This document shows positions 25,001 to 48,544 of a DNA stretch of 64,000 bases, in pieces. A program made the position numbers and the translations under genes. Source of the DNA: Asterias rubens (Eukaryota); assembly GCF_902459465.1 (NCBI RefSeq), contig NC_047068.1, positions 558,001 to 622,000 on the forward strand, written 5' to 3'. The notes beneath the pieces were generated by a model, which was not told the origin of the DNA, did no database searches, and saw only the letters and a list, made by a program, of their open reading frames with translations. How positions within the stretch are numbered: position 1 is the first letter of the stretch; each line of letters opens with the position of its first letter.

Positions 25001-28000
25001 GCATCTCAAGGAATATAACAGCCGTGGGTTTCCAAGAGGATGGCAAGTGGATGTACACAGGAGGGGAAGACTGCACGGCTAAGATATGGGACCTCAGGTA
25101 GGGTCAGAAATACAAACATGAAATAAAACCTGATTCATTGTGTTTTGTTCATCAAGGCCAGGAATACACCGTTCCATAAGGCTCCGCCCACGGCGCCATG
25201 TGAGCAAGAACTCGTAACCCTCTCCAATGCCACTCTGCACAACTCTGCTGCGCGCGCCAAGCATACGCGCACGCATGTCAGACTTTATTTGTCAGACCTT
25301 TGGTTGCACAATGGGTTGTGATTGGTCAATACGCAATGGAGCGGAGCTTAATGGATGGGTCAATTACATTGAGGTCATGGCCATAATTGTTACCCTGGGC
25401 TTGGCCTTAGTGCCCCGTGTAAAGTTCACCGTACTTATTAGATTTTGCCTCACCTTCTCAAAGATGAATTCCAGGCCTGTTTATTCATAATGATTGTGTA
25501 GGGAAACAGGTACTGAAAAACATCAGTCTATGATAAGTAATAATAACAATAACCGTATTTATAACGCGCTTTTTGCTAAAGGATACAAAGCGCCAGGTAT
25601 TTTTACTGCAAGGTGAGTGGGACAAAGTTTTGAATTATGAGACCTAATCCTTAGCACCATGTAATGGTTTACAAGGTGCTGTGGCGCAATATGCTGCCAA
25701 TGTAAGGCTTTATGTTCTTGAAGGTTGTTGTCTTATTGTTAAAGCAGTGGACACTATTGGTAATTACTCAAAATATTTATCAGCATAAAACCTTACTTGG
25801 TGACGAGTAATGGGGAGAGGTTGATAGTATAGTACATTGTGAGAAACGGCTCCCTCTGAAGTGACGTAGTTTTCGAGAAAGAAGTAATTTTCAACGAATT
25901 TGATTTCGAGACCTCAAGTTTAGAATGTGAGGTCTTGAAATCAAGCATCTGAAAGCACACAACTACGTGCGACAAGGGTGTTTTTTTTCTTTCATTAATA
26001 TCCCGCATCTTCGACTACCGATTGAGCTCACATTTTCACAGGTTTGTTATTTTATGCATATGTTGAGATACACCAACTGTGAAGACTGGTCTTTGACAAT
26101 TACCAATAGTGTCCAGTGTCTTTAAGTATAGCGGGGAATGCTAATGTTCTTTATTGCTTTGCATCCAAATTAATTGTTTTCCTCAGAATGAGAAACCTAC
26201 AGTGTCAGAAGATTTTCCAAGTCAATGCTCCAGTGAACTGCGCCTGTCTGCACCCAAATCAGGTAATCTTTTGCTAGGTGTTCAGAGCAATGCTTGGTAC
26301 ATTATCTTGTTTTTATAATTTAGTTTTGAAGGTGGATTGGCAACGAAAACCTTAACTTAAAAATCAACAACCAGTAATGGGAGACTCTTGAACGCTAGGT
26401 GGCAGCAGACCTACCAGGTAAATGTCCATTGTTTACGTTGTTCTGAGCATGCGCACACTACCGAGAACAATGGATTTAACCTGGTAAGTCTGCTGTAACC
26501 AAGCCTCCCAAAAGTCTCCCATAGCATCTTATTTTAACCTTGCATTATTTGTTTGTCAACAGGGAGAACTCGTTGTTGGAGACCAGAGTGGCACAGTTCA
26601 CATATGGGACCTGAGGAGTGGACACAATGAGCAACTGGTAAGTGCTTGTCCCCTCATCCTACAGTCACAGAGTGCAGGCCTGAAACGTCGTTGATTGCCT
26701 CATAGTGGCAATAGACTGATCCATTAGGCTCCGCCCACAACGCACGTGTGTGCAAGAACACGTGAGCCTCTCCAATGCCTTTCTGCACAACTCTGCCGCG
26801 CGCGCAAAGCATACAAGCACACATGTCTACCTTGATTTGTCAGACCTTCGTTTCGTTGTGATTGGTCAATACGCAATGGGGCGGAGCTTAATGGATCGAT
26901 CTATTAAGATGATTGCCTCCATGACCCCTTGTCAATGTCTTCAGGCCCTTGAAATGCTCCAGTAGAAAATTAAAATTTCCTCAAGGGAGAGCAATTTCCT
27001 TTTCCCAAGTAAAACATTTCTTGGTGCCCTTCCTTGCTCTTTCAAAAACGATGCGAACGGACCTGAGAGTGTACACATTTCAATTGAAGATGCCACTTGT
27101 AGTTTTGAGCAGACTCCTAAAGCCTCTACCTTCATTTCCCCATGTGCTATAGTTTCATATTTTCTGGTCTTGTTTACGCTTTAAGGTTCCGGAACCAGAC
27201 TCCTCCATCCAGCACATATGCATCGACTCGGAGGCGACCCACATGGCGGCCATCAACAACAAGGGAAACTGCTACATCTGGAGGGTGTCGCCGGGTACCA
27301 CTGACCCCATCTCACAGCTCATACCCAAGACCAAGATCCCCGCCCACAAGAAGTTTGGGCTTAAATGCAAATTCAGCCCGGACTGCACGTAAGTACTTGC
27401 AAAATAATTCAGCCATGTACTTCTAAATTTAAAGAGAGCTTAAGACCTGGGTCCAATTTCATAGAGCTGCTAAGCACAAAAATAGCATGAAATTTCTTCC
27501 TTGATAAAAACATGATAACCAACCAAATTTCCATTGGTTGCATATTGTTTGTTACTGGTATTCAGCTGTTGTTTGCTTATCCTGAAAATCATGTTGAATT
27601 TTAGTTGGTAATCCTATTTTTATCAAGGAAGAAATTTAATGCCAAGCAAATTTTTGTGCTTAGCAGCTCTATGAAATTGGGCACAGTTGCTTTTCATTGT
27701 TTTCAGTATGACCTCCACTCATATGCCCAGGGATCGATTTCAAATTTGTGCTTTGAAGCATTTTAGTCTTAAAGGCAGTGGACACTATTGGTAATTGTCA
27801 AAGAACAGCCTTCACAGTTGGTGTATCTCAACATATGCATAAAATAACAAACCTGTGAAAATTTGAGCTAAATCGGTCATCAAACTTGCGAGATAATAAA
27901 TGAAAGAAGAAAACACCCTTGTCACACGAAGTTGTGTGCGTTTAGATGGTTGATTTCGTGACCTCAAGTTCTAAACTTGAGGTCTCGAAATCAAATTCGT

Positions 28001-29802
28001 GGAAAATTACTTCTTTCTCCAAAACTTATGGCACTTCAGAGGGAGCTGTTTCTCACAATGTTTTATACCACCAACCTCTCCCCATTACTTGTCACCAAGA
28101 AAGGTTTTATGCTAATAATTATTTTGAGTAATTACCAATAGTGTCCACTGCCTTTAAAAGACTCGTAGTTGAGTTGCCAGAGTGATTTGTATTGTGACGT
28201 TAAACTTTGCTTAGCAATTATTAGATATATGATTTGAGGCATTGCATGGTGAGGTATCAATATATATTTGGTTTGCGGTAACAGGACAGTTCTTTTCAGA
28301 ACTGAGAAGTCTCCCGAACATCCGTTAAATCTACTACGCGATAGTAGAATAAAGCAAGACAGTTCTCTAAGAACAAACTCTACTTGGCAAGTAGATAAAT
28401 ACACGGTGTTCCTGCAAACCAAATATATTATTATTAGATGGAATTGCACTTGAGACCACAACGCCCTGGGAGTAGGAGGCGCGATTCAAAACTCAAGTAA
28501 ATACATGTATAAACACGTTTGTGAAATACCAGTTTTCTTTACTTCTCATTTCAAATGTGGTAGGCTTCTTGCCACAACAGCAGCAGACCAAACGGTGAAG
28601 GTCTGGAAGACGTCTGACTTCACGTTAGTCACAACGCTGACGGATCCCGTCCAACGCTGGGTCTGGGATTGTGCTTTCTCATCAGATTCTCTCTACATTG
28701 TCACAGGTTTGTTTTCCTTTTCTTAAGATGTTTAAAGGCACTGTTAAATACATTTTGTAATTGTCAAAGACCAGTATTCTCACTTGGTGTATCCCTTTTA
28801 ACGTGTCTTGCGAAAAGTAGAAATAAGTAGGTACTTCATCGGAGCCTTCCAATTTGAATTATTTTTATGATTGGCATTTTTTTTAAAGGCATTTTTTTAA
28901 AAGGCATTTGGTAGGCGCTTTTAATTATTGTTTGAGAGCACCTTACACTATAATCACCCCTGTTCCATGGGCATTAAAGGAACACGTTCCCTTGGATCGG
29001 TTGAGTTGGTCTTTGAAAAGCGTTTGTAACTGTTTGTTATAAAATGCATATGATTAGAAAGATATTTTAAAAGCAGAATATAATGATCCACACAAGTATC
29101 ACTCGAAATTGCATGGTTTTCCTTTTACCTCGTCGACTAACATGGTCGGCCATTTATGGGAGTCAAAATTGTGACTCCCATAAATGGCCGACCATGTTTA
29201 CTCCTGGGTAAAGGGAAGCAACTATAGTTAGATGTAATGACCGTGATTTGAACCCACAATGTGATAGCTCAGCCACAAGGACTTCAGTTCAAAGCTCAAC
29301 CATGACACGCTCCACTGCCTTTGAAACCCCCCTGACAAACAATAATAATCTGCTTAAACAAAAATATTAAAAAAACGATAGTTTGAATTCATCAAACTAT
29401 GCTAAATGTATGTTATTTTTTACAATAATGAAGTATGCTAATAACATTCACGCATGTGTACAGACCCTATTGGTTTGCAAACGCCATAGAGCTGTGCACT
29501 AAGCAGACGAGCAAACGCGTCTGCGTCACGCAGCCATAAGCCGTGTACAAAACAGCGCGATGTTTCCTTATTTTTGCCAACCCAAATGTGTGCACGCACT
29601 ATGTGCAATTAACATATTTCATGGAAAGGGTCTATTGAGTTGAGCGTCAACTTTACCTCTTTTTTTTCTCGGTCTATCAACAGCCTCCTCCGACCACACA
29701 GCACGATTATGGAACCTTGAGCAGTCAGAGGTGAAGAGGGAGTTCAATGGACATCAAAAAGCCATCACAGCGTTAGCGTTCTCGGACGGAGTCACAGTTT
29801 GA
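22088..29802 (+). CDS. MLST8: Target of rapamycin complex subunit LST8 (WD40), 8 exons, 318 aa
   Basis: Exons: 22088-22213, 23522-23573, 24935-25097, 26187-26262, 26563-26637, 27186-27388, 28564-28706, 29684-29802 (957 nt). Translation: [22 protein letters not shown]..., [48 protein letters not shown]. Confidence 0.96.
22450..22687. mobile_element. CWG-target MITE (GGCCCAATTTCATAG TIR) nested in a SINE
   Basis: CTG|GGCCCAATTTC...GAAATTGGGCC|CTG. Relatives at about 6704-6870, 17410-17657, 27451-27682 and 54940-55179. Confidence 0.85.
22973..23170. other. Assembly gap (198 N)
   Basis: Run of N starting at a SINE tail. Confidence 0.99.
23600..24180. mobile_element. Long internal-palindrome repeat (Crypton-like by resemblance)
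   Basis: About 70-bp arms around CCGAGACGAAGTCAAGG; no obvious TSD. Confidence 0.4.
24526..24569 (+). ncRNA. Minimal type-I hammerhead ribozyme motif (Penelope/retrozyme type)
   Basis: GTCTC-CTGACGA-T-GACTAG(AGCAAG)CTAGTC-GAAAC-TTT-GAGAC: stem I, CUGANGA core, stem II hairpin and GAAA are present; the stem III palindrome ACGT is mutated to ACTT. Confidence 0.75.
24526..24860 (+). mobile_element. About 335-bp hammerhead-bearing non-autonomous element (Penelope-like pLTR or retrozyme-like)
   Basis: The same body recurs at 41978-42266, 28226-28428, 43271-43365 (reverse) and 46858-46900; it ends ...CCATGCAATGCCTCAAATCCTA. Confidence 0.6.
25743..26121. mobile_element. Kolobok-type MITE, main family (reverse)
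   Basis: TTAA-flanked copy. Confidence 0.8.
26379..26520. mobile_element. AT|GGG...CCC|AT palindromic MITE
   Basis: Copies at 35438-35585 and, partial, at about 31125-31250. Confidence 0.7.
27773..28153. mobile_element. Kolobok-type MITE, main family
   Basis: TTAA-flanked copy. Confidence 0.8.
28226..28428. mobile_element. Partial copy of the hammerhead-family element with an inverted arm
   Basis: 28226-28282 is the reverse complement of the element end; 28283-28428 is forward body. Confidence 0.6.
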
Positions 29803-31924
29803 AGATAATGTACCTCTCAATTATTATTTTTGTTATCTGGGCTTGAAATAATTGCTTGACCACCAGCAAAACAGAAGGACTTTGAGCCCCCAAATGTGCC
29901 ACAAATTTTTGTCACTCTGATGGGATGGAATGGAGCTGGAACTTACACAATCACATAGATTATTGGCATGCTGTGGTCGAGCCATTAAGTGCACCGCATT
30001 CGAGTTTTGGTGTTTTTGATCGTCAGAGTCTTGGCACTTGTGTCCTCAACCAGTGTAGACCGTATTGAATAACCCCTTTGCTGCTATGAAAGTCGCCATC
30101 TTGTAGGGCAAACCGTATGCGCGTCTAAACGCGTACATCAAAGAAACATGCAGCATTCCCCGTTTGATTTCTATGGCACAAGCACGCACACACACACCCA
30201 CACGCTCAGTTGCCATATTGTAGGGCAAATATTTGAACGGTGACGTCATGTTCAATAGTCTATTGCTTCGTCCTTCAAATGGGACGTAAAGCTGGCGGTC
30301 TTGTGTTTTGTGCAATGCAGTTCCACTTATCACTATTAAGAGAAGGGTTTGCCCTGGTGTTTCTGGCAGTGGCTACTGAATGCATTGCCGCACCTTGTTT
30401 ACCCTTATTAAGTGCTGCATAAATCGGTCTCATAATTCAGCCAAATTTTAAAAACACGTCTTAAAATGTTTCTGTTTGTTTAAGCACTTTGAACAGCTTT
30501 ATGGTAGTAAGCAGATACATACGCTATATCGGCTATAATTTTTTGTTAGCAGTGTAACACTTTACATCATTCTCAGTTCCTTTATGTGAAAATATAAACA
30601 TTTCACAACTCTGATTACATTTTAAAGGTTTCTGTTTTGTAATAATAAGGATAGTGTACAAATGTATATGAATTAAAAGAACCATGAGAACATGATTGAT
30701 ATAAATAAAAAGGACTGACAAAGTAGAATCATGTTTTACATTTCATAATGTTTAATTCAAGTTTCTGGCATCCTACAAATTGAACTATGAAATAATTTTT
30801 TTTTTCTTATCCCAAATACAAATACCCCCTGCAGACCTAAGGAGCAACTGTTGTGGCCAATAGACTCTTGCCATGAAGTATGTAAATTGCACATAGCGCA
30901 TGCGCACTAACATTGTGGTTGGCAAAAAAAAAGGAAACATCGCGCTGCTTTCTACACGGCTAATGGCTGCGTGATGCAAACACGTTTGCGCGTCTGGTTA
31001 GTGCACAACTCTAAGGCGTTTGCCAACCAATAGGGTATGTACGCATGCGTGAATGTAATTAGCATATTTCATGGGAAGGGTCCAACATTAAGCCTAACAG
31101 TATGAGATTTTATTCTACAAGAGGCCCATCAATTGGTAACAGACATACAAGGTAATTTGCCATTGTTTCCGTAGTTCTGAACATATCTGAGAACAATGGA
31201 TTTACCTGGTATGTCTGCTGCCACCTAGTGTCGCAAAAAGTCTCACATTATGTACAGCTAAATATGTGTAGGCCATAGAGTTATGTATAAGAACTAGAGG
31301 GCACACTGATGTTGCTTGCACAAACGCGACGGGACCGCAAGGAGACACGCGCGCCATTCTGTACGCGCGTTAAAAAAGTACACATTGGGATTTGTGTTCA
31401 TTGAACGCTATACGCGATGCTGTTTTGTCAACCCACAAAATGGTCGCACAACTACACGCGCGGCGATGCTGTTTTGTCAACTTAGAAAATGGCCGCCTGC
31501 GTGCATGCCGAGGCCGCGTATATAGGCCAGTTCTTATATATGTATGGTGTAGGCATAGGAAAATAAAGGCATGACAAATAGAAATCAAGCAAACTTAAGT
31601 TTTACTTGTTTCACACCATGTAAATTTTGATAACGCACAACCTCAGAAACACTTCTAATTGCAAAATCGTCTATTTACAGTCTTGCAAGCCAATTCATAC
31701 TACACGGATAAAGTTTAAGTTCATAAAGAGAAAAGGCCAAACTGTACAAATATTTCACAATATACACATTTTATACTTTGTACAAAAATGGATAAAATTA
31801 CATTTTTATAAGTGCTCTAGTTTTCACACCAAAGATAAAAGATCTTTTTGCACATGACTTCATTTGAGTAGGGTGCCCTCCGCTAGATGTTGAGTTGCAA
31901 ACTTCACGTCAAAATATGCCTTAA

Positions 31925-32286
31925 AGACACTGGATACTGTAGGTAATTGTCACTTCGTGTATCTCAACATATACATAAAATAACAAACCTGTGAAAATTT
32001 GAGCTCAATTGGTTGTCGAAGTTGCAAGATAATAATGAAAGAAAATACATCCTTGTCACACGAAGTTGTGTGCTTTCAGATACTTGATTTTGGGACCTCA
32101 AAATCTCATACTGAGGTCTCGAAATCAAATTTGTGGAAAATTACTTCTTTCTCGAGAACTACATTCCTTCAGCAGGAGTCGTTTCTCACAATGTTTTATA
32201 CTATCAACCTCTCCCCATTACTCGTTACCAAGTAAGGTGTCATGCTAATAATTATTTTCAGTAATAACCACTAGTGTCCACTGCCT
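31925..32286. mobile_element. Kolobok-type MITE, main family
   Basis: TTAA-flanked copy about 50 bp past the IFT27 stop. Confidence 0.8.
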
Positions 32287-32338
32287 TTAAAGGAAGCGAG
32301 AGCACTTCTGCAGTTTATTCTCAACTCACAGATTGCCG

Positions 32339-33781
32339 TCACCCAGAGATGGCTTCAGTCATTGCGACTTTCTCCTGATATTTCTTGTAGAAAGCATTTG
32401 CCAAATAGTAGAAAGGAGCCTCTATGTTCTCTTGCTCTTTCTGCAAAAAGATAAATGTAAAGCGACATCATAATAATAATAATAATTTGGGGGGCTAATC
32501 GTCCATACTCGCAGCTAGAGCTGAATTGCGAAGGACGCGGCTACAGCGTGTTCGAGAAGCAGGCATGCAAGGACGCATTCAGCTGCCAGCCACATCAACC
32601 CATTATGACCACGGAGCACAGCCAAGATCGAAAGTGTTTGATTTTTTTTCTGAGGGAGGAAAACCGGATAGTCTGGAAAACCCTCGTGGCACAGCAGAGA
32701 ACCAACGCACAACTCAACTCACATATGGCACCGACCGGGAATCGAACCGGGGTCACCTTGGTGAGAGGCAAGCGCTTTACGCACAAGTCAACCGTGCCAC
32801 CCAATTTTAGACTCTAAACCAAACTACCTGTAAATTTTTCTGGTGCAGTCACCGGAGTGTGGGTTTGAATCCCGGTCGTGACACTAGTGTCCTTGAGCAA
32901 GATACTTTACTATAAATGCTTCTCTTCACCCAGGGGCATAAATGGGTACCTGCGAGGGTAGAGGTTGACATTGTGTATGAAAAAGCCAGGTGCTTACCTT
33001 ACAGGCAGCTCAGGGCTGTATACTCCCCAGGGAGCTGAGAAACATTGAAAGGGATGTTATTGGCCCTATGACCAGGGCACTAATGTTAAGCGCATTGATA
33101 CGGTTAACGTGTAATGCACTATATAACAATTTTTTTATTTTTTATTATTGTCCGCAATGTTGTTTTTGATTTTATGTTTTTAGACTTAGTAGCCTTGCTA
33201 GTACCTCAAATGAATGCGAAAAGGAGTTTGAACATCAAATATAAGGCGGGAGTAGAGCACATTTTGTCTTGAGTGAACTGTTTGTATTGTACTTTTTATG
33301 TCAATTTCGCTACTTTTGCTGGGTTTAAACCCACGCCCCCTGCATTCTACAGCAGATGCTTTTATTAACTACTACAGTACGACACCCGAACTACCAACAT
33401 TGGATTCTGAAAATCGGGAAGATTTTACTTTGAAGCCACTTTCATTTCGGGCTAGGAGATCTTGACTAATGGACGATTATCAGGTATTTGTATGAATATT
33501 ATTATGCATTTATGTACACAATATCTCATTGACTTATTGTCAATCAAAGAACCTGTCAGAAATCTGCGTTCCTGTTCCCACACTTCACTTATTCACATTC
33601 GGGGGGATCGTGCCTTTTCTATCGCAGCACCAAGGATGTGGAATCATCTTCCTGAGAACATCAGGCAATCTACTTCATTAGCAAACTTCAAAACTTTGCT
33701 TTACAAATCTCATCTTTTTTCGAAGGCCTACTGTACCGCGCTATGAGCAACGACTGTTGGATTAGCGCCTTATAAATTTAA

Positions 33782-33813
<32 letters not shown>

Positions 33814-36800
33814 AAAATCAGATTTCTAGTGAAATAGTTTTAAAGACAGTGGACACTATTGGTAATTGTCAAAGACTAGCCTTCACAGTTGGTGTATCTC
33901 AACATATGCATAAAATAACAAACCTGTACAAATTTGAGCTCAATCGGTCATAGAACTTGCGAGACAATAATGAAAGAAAAAAACACCCTTGTCACACGAA
34001 GTTGTGTGGGTTTACATGGTTGATTTCGAGACCTCAAGTTCTAAACTTAAGGTCTCGAAATCAAATTCGTGAAAAATTACCTCTTTCTCAAAAACTATTA
34101 CACTTCAGAGGGAGCCGTTTCTCACAATGTTTTATACCATCAACCTCTCCCCATTACTCGTCACCAAGAAAGGTTTTGTGCTCATAATTATTTTGAGTAA
34201 TTACCAAAAGTGTCCACTGCCTTTAAACACAAATATACTTAAAAGTCTAGATTTCTGCTTGCAGCTCACACATTCTAAATGCGTTAATCTGTCTTGGGCA
34301 TTGTCCTGTAGGGAATACTTACGGCGGAACATTCAAAGTATTCCACTTCCAAGCTTGCAGCTGCTTTCTGTGCCATGCTCTCTGTGACTGTTCTTCTGGT
34401 GGCCAGATCGGTCTTGTTCCCGATCAGAACAGCTGAAAATTTATATCAAAGAATTATTTCAAAATAAATGGTGCGACATCAGAAAAAAAAGGTTTCTTAT
34501 TTTGTTTTCACAAGCCCCCCCCAAGAGAATGCTTGTATTGTAGAATTTCAATCGCTGCGTATCTATAATAGTCCCTTTGAAACTTATTTCAATTCAGCAT
34601 TCCCATGCAAGTTTTGAGAAATCATTGGGAGAACCCGTGTTTAAGAGAGAAATTTTGCTTCGGTATATTTACTTCGATGACCACTATTTTGGGAGAAACA
34701 ACCATCAAATACCCCTCCCCGCCTTCCCCAGCGCTCCGTTTGAAATCTTGACTTTTGAGATAAAAAGGTTACCAGAATAACATGTTAACTTCTTCAAGCC
34801 CTTATGTTTTTTATGTTTTTTTTTAATTTTCAATTTACACACATACCCTGAATTGCACGTCCTGCCTTAGACTTGACTCTTTCCAACCACTTGGTACAAC
34901 TGGAAAAAGACTTCTCATTGGTCACATCAAACATGACCACAGCCAATGATGGGCCATCCCACTGTCAAAATCAAAAAACAAATCAAAATCATAATTAGTT
35001 GATAAGTTCTTCTTTGCAGCCAAATAAAATTAAAATAAAAAGTGCTTTGGTCTAAATTTGGGGGAGGGGAGGGGAAAGGAACAACAAAAACAATATGTTA
35101 TAACTTACCATCTGCTGAACATAATCTGAAAACAATTCTTTACCAGCCGAGTCATAGATGTACAACTCCTGAAAAAAAAGGGAAAGAAACATTATTGATT
35201 AGGGGGATGTTTTCTGTTGAGCACTATGAAATATCTTTGAAGAGTTTCTTAGCAGGAAATAGGGACAACCGAAGACATAGTCTTAGCCAGAGGGGTGTCT
35301 GGGTGCCTTTTGGACACCCTGTTTTATGTATCATTTGTATTGTTTACATGCAAACAAACTGTAAATGAACAATTTGGACACCCACTTTTTTAATTTACAC
35401 TTTTTTAATTAAAACCTTGACTGAAGGTGCGACCAATGGGAAATTTTGGAACACTAGGTAGCAGCAGACTTACCAGGTAAATGTCTATTGTTTACATAGC
35501 TCTGAGCATGCGCACATTACCAAGAACAATGGATATGGATTTTACTTGGTAAGTCTGCCGCCACCTAGTGTCCCAAACGTTCCCCATTGTCTTGAGAGCA
35601 GACAACTTACCACGCTGTTGCTGGAATCAGGAATTGTGACACTCTTGACACACAGCTCCACTCCAACTGTCTGCAAAAAAGGGGGGAAAAGTGTCTAAAA
35701 TTAGTCATTTATTCCCCTTTTAAAATTGATTTCATCCCTCTTCACTTATTTTAATTGTATTTCATTACATTAATTAATTGTTGTATAAACTGTCAGCAGT
35801 AAATTATTCATGTTGTGTTTACTTCGTACTTATTTAATATTTTGTCAGTTTGATAATGCAACCTACACACCCATTGTCAACTTTACCAATGAATCCATTT
35901 ACCAATCCATAGAGTGCTGTGGTCGAATGGTCAATCTAGCACCTGATCTAGCACACCAAATTAAGTATGTTGTGGCTGAGTCATCACAATGTGGGTTCGA
36001 ATCTTGGTCCAGGACAGTTGACCTTGAGCGAGACACTTTTATTTCAATTGCTCACTAACTTTATGTCCTAACTTATGGGTCCTGCCTGAGTAACGAAGTT
36101 GTAATTTTAGCTTTAAAGTTTAACACTAGAGTAAATAATTACCATGGAATAAGCCTTGGGGAAATGTGTGCCATCGCTGTGAAAAACCTGGGTCAAAGCA
36201 CTCTTGCCAACTGTTGAATCACCTGTAAGTGTAAGTAGCGATTAATAGCAAATTAGATTCGTTAAGCACTGCAAGGTGTTACTGTTAGTGTTAGAACACC
36301 CTTAGCTTTCGTCCAAACTTGTGGATTCTGCTGAGTAAACCAACGTAAACATAAACGTAGATTCTGTTTTTAGTTGAAAGAGGGCATCTTTTATGAGTGA
36401 CAGGCTAATCGTAACCCTCCATTTTAGGGCCTTTGACATTCCTTTGACCTTGTTGTTGGGCACTTTTAGTTTTAGTTTGTACTTATTATAAATATAATAA
36501 TCATGTTTACAAAAATGACATGCATGCACCTCAACTCAACTCAACTTGAGTTGGGGCACATGCATGTCATTTTTGTCTCAAGTAACTGGACCATTTTATA
36601 TCACCCGTAGTAGGTTACATTAAATTTATTTTGGTCATTAATGTGTGGAAAAGTGGGGGGAGAGCCCACATAATGACATACAAAACTGCCAAAAAAAATG
36701 TAAAGGAAAAATCATATCATAACTGGGTACTAAGATAATTTCCAATGATAAAACATTTTCATTTTTGAACCTTGTTTAACTTTAAAGCTATACTTACCAA

Positions 36801-36834
36801 CAACCACACATTTTGCTCTAAGCACCACGGGCAT
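32339..36834 (-). CDS. IFT27: Intraflagellar transport protein 27 (Rab-like GTPase), 7 exons, 187 aa
   Basis: Exons (-): 36834-36798, 36222-36143, 35670-35611, 35168-35109, 34961-34847, 34432-34323, 32440-32339 (564 nt). G1 GDSTVGKS, G3 DSAGKE (IFT27-type), G4 NKTD; no C-terminal CAAX; ends EQENIEAPFYYLANAFYKKYQEKV... Confidence 0.93.
32470..32802 (-). mobile_element. tRNA-derived SINE, family 3
   Basis: Head GGGTGGCACGG...GGTTCGATTCCCGG, TCCGGTTTTCCTCC central motif, (ATT)n tail. Confidence 0.7.
33480..33815 (+). mobile_element. L2-clade LINE 3' end
   Basis: GDRAFSIAAPRMWNHLPENIRQSTSLANFKTLL...HLF, followed by a (TTGA)n tail. Other L2 ends at about 39990-40030 (+) and 57500-57710 (-). Confidence 0.8.
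33844..34222. mobile_element. Kolobok-type MITE, main family
   Basis: TTAA-flanked copy. Confidence 0.8.
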
Positions 36835-36911
36835 ACTGACATTGATAGGCATCCTCAAGAAATTTAGTATTTACACATTGAATTCAAGTTTACTGTGTAA
36901 GAATTTCACGA

Positions 36912-36926
36912 GTTTCCAATGGAAAC
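36912..36926. promoter_or_regulatory. RFX X-box-like palindrome upstream of IFT27
   Basis: GTTTCC-AAT-GGAAAC, about 80 bp upstream of the IFT27 ATG. Confidence 0.55.
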
Positions 36927-38618
36927 GGAACACACATTCCTGAGTACGGGAACCCGAGTGCAGAATGTCATTAATGGTACCCGTCATTTCTTGTTTACAC
37001 TAGTATCATCGTTTAACGCAATTGGTCGGGAACCACTTATTTATTATATGGAACGCCATGGTTTTTACTTCTAGAAAATAAAATACTTTTTAGAAAGTTT
37101 CGGGTTTTGATCTGATGTTTAAAGGAAAAGACAATGAAGGCTTGAATATAAAAGAAGTTACGAAGATTGTCCAGCTTTTATTTGTTTGCTGAAACAGAGC
37201 TCTATTCTAGTGATACTTGGAGATTACAATTAATTATTAATAAATGCATTAGATGGCGCTCTATAACTAGTATGGTGCTCTTCTGACAGCTAACTTCTTC
37301 AAACACATTGAAAGACGGGATACACGACGACACTTGGCATACTCTCTTTTTCATAATAAACTTGTACAAGTCTTTATCATAATAAAATACTAATAAAAAG
37401 CAATATATAAACTTGTGTTTTCTTTGGTAAGATGTCCCTATGTTTAAGAATAACTTACTAGAACTTTAGCCGACACTTTTTTAAATATAAGCCAGTATAG
37501 AACATAAGGGTATCCTTCACCTGGGTGTAATTCCTTACATTCGATTTTATAATTTACCACAACATACTTGTGCAAGTTTAAAAGGGCGCTCAAAATAAAC
37601 GGGGTATTTTTGTTCAGCGAGAAATGTGATGTGAGACCCTCCTCTATGGTGAGACACCGCTCTTTGAATCAGAATTTTATAGTCGGCAAAGCATCCTAGA
37701 TGAAATATCACACCATCTGAAGTAGCTGTTGAGAGGCAAAGAAAAGCAGCCGAGCAGAGGTAAATAATTAATAACGAGGTGCCATGTGCATTTGAATTAA
37801 TTTCACATCATGATTTATCATACCATTCACAATGTATGATATTGCAACCAATTCTTTTTTTTTTTTGCTTTCTGTTAATCTGTAAACTAACTAGGGCCCC
37901 TAAACTAACTAAATAATATTTTTTTTACTGGTACATACATGAACATGTTTTTATTTATTTTTCCTCTTCTTTAAGAAGTTCTTATCTTTTTTGTTATTTA
38001 TTATTTAATTAAAATTAGGCCTACTCGGCTTTTGGATTATTAATATAATAATATTATATACCTGCTGTCAATGGCTAATTACAATACAATTACAATTGCA
38101 ATACAATACAAGTACAACAGATGTTAGCAGGTCTAATCGCTAATCTATGGAAAACACTTAGCTTAGGCCTATAGGTCAGGGCTACTCAGTCCTAGAAATA
38201 TGAAGTTATTCTGTTAGTGTTATCGGGTATCACTGTTCAAGGAGACGATTGCGGAATGAACCTCATAGTTCTAGGAGTAGCCCTGACCTAGCCCATCTGG
38301 AAGTATGTTTGTAATTGTATTGTCTTTGTGTTGTATTGTTGAAATGGCTGAATAAATAATAGTAATGATAATAATATATAACAATCTGTGCAATGCTCAG
38401 AATCTCAACAGAACGGAAACAGCACAATGTGTAACGCCTAACGGAGTTCGATTGTCAATATTTTATTCATTCAAATCTCCATTCCATTGAAAAGGAGTCA
38501 CCCCCACTAGTTTATCACGCTTCATTAACCAAGCAGTGCCAGAATATCTGTCATTTATTGAGTTCAACTCACCTGAACCTGACATTATCATTCTGTGAGA
38601 ATTAACTATAAATAGTAA

Positions 38619-48544
<9,926 letters not shown>

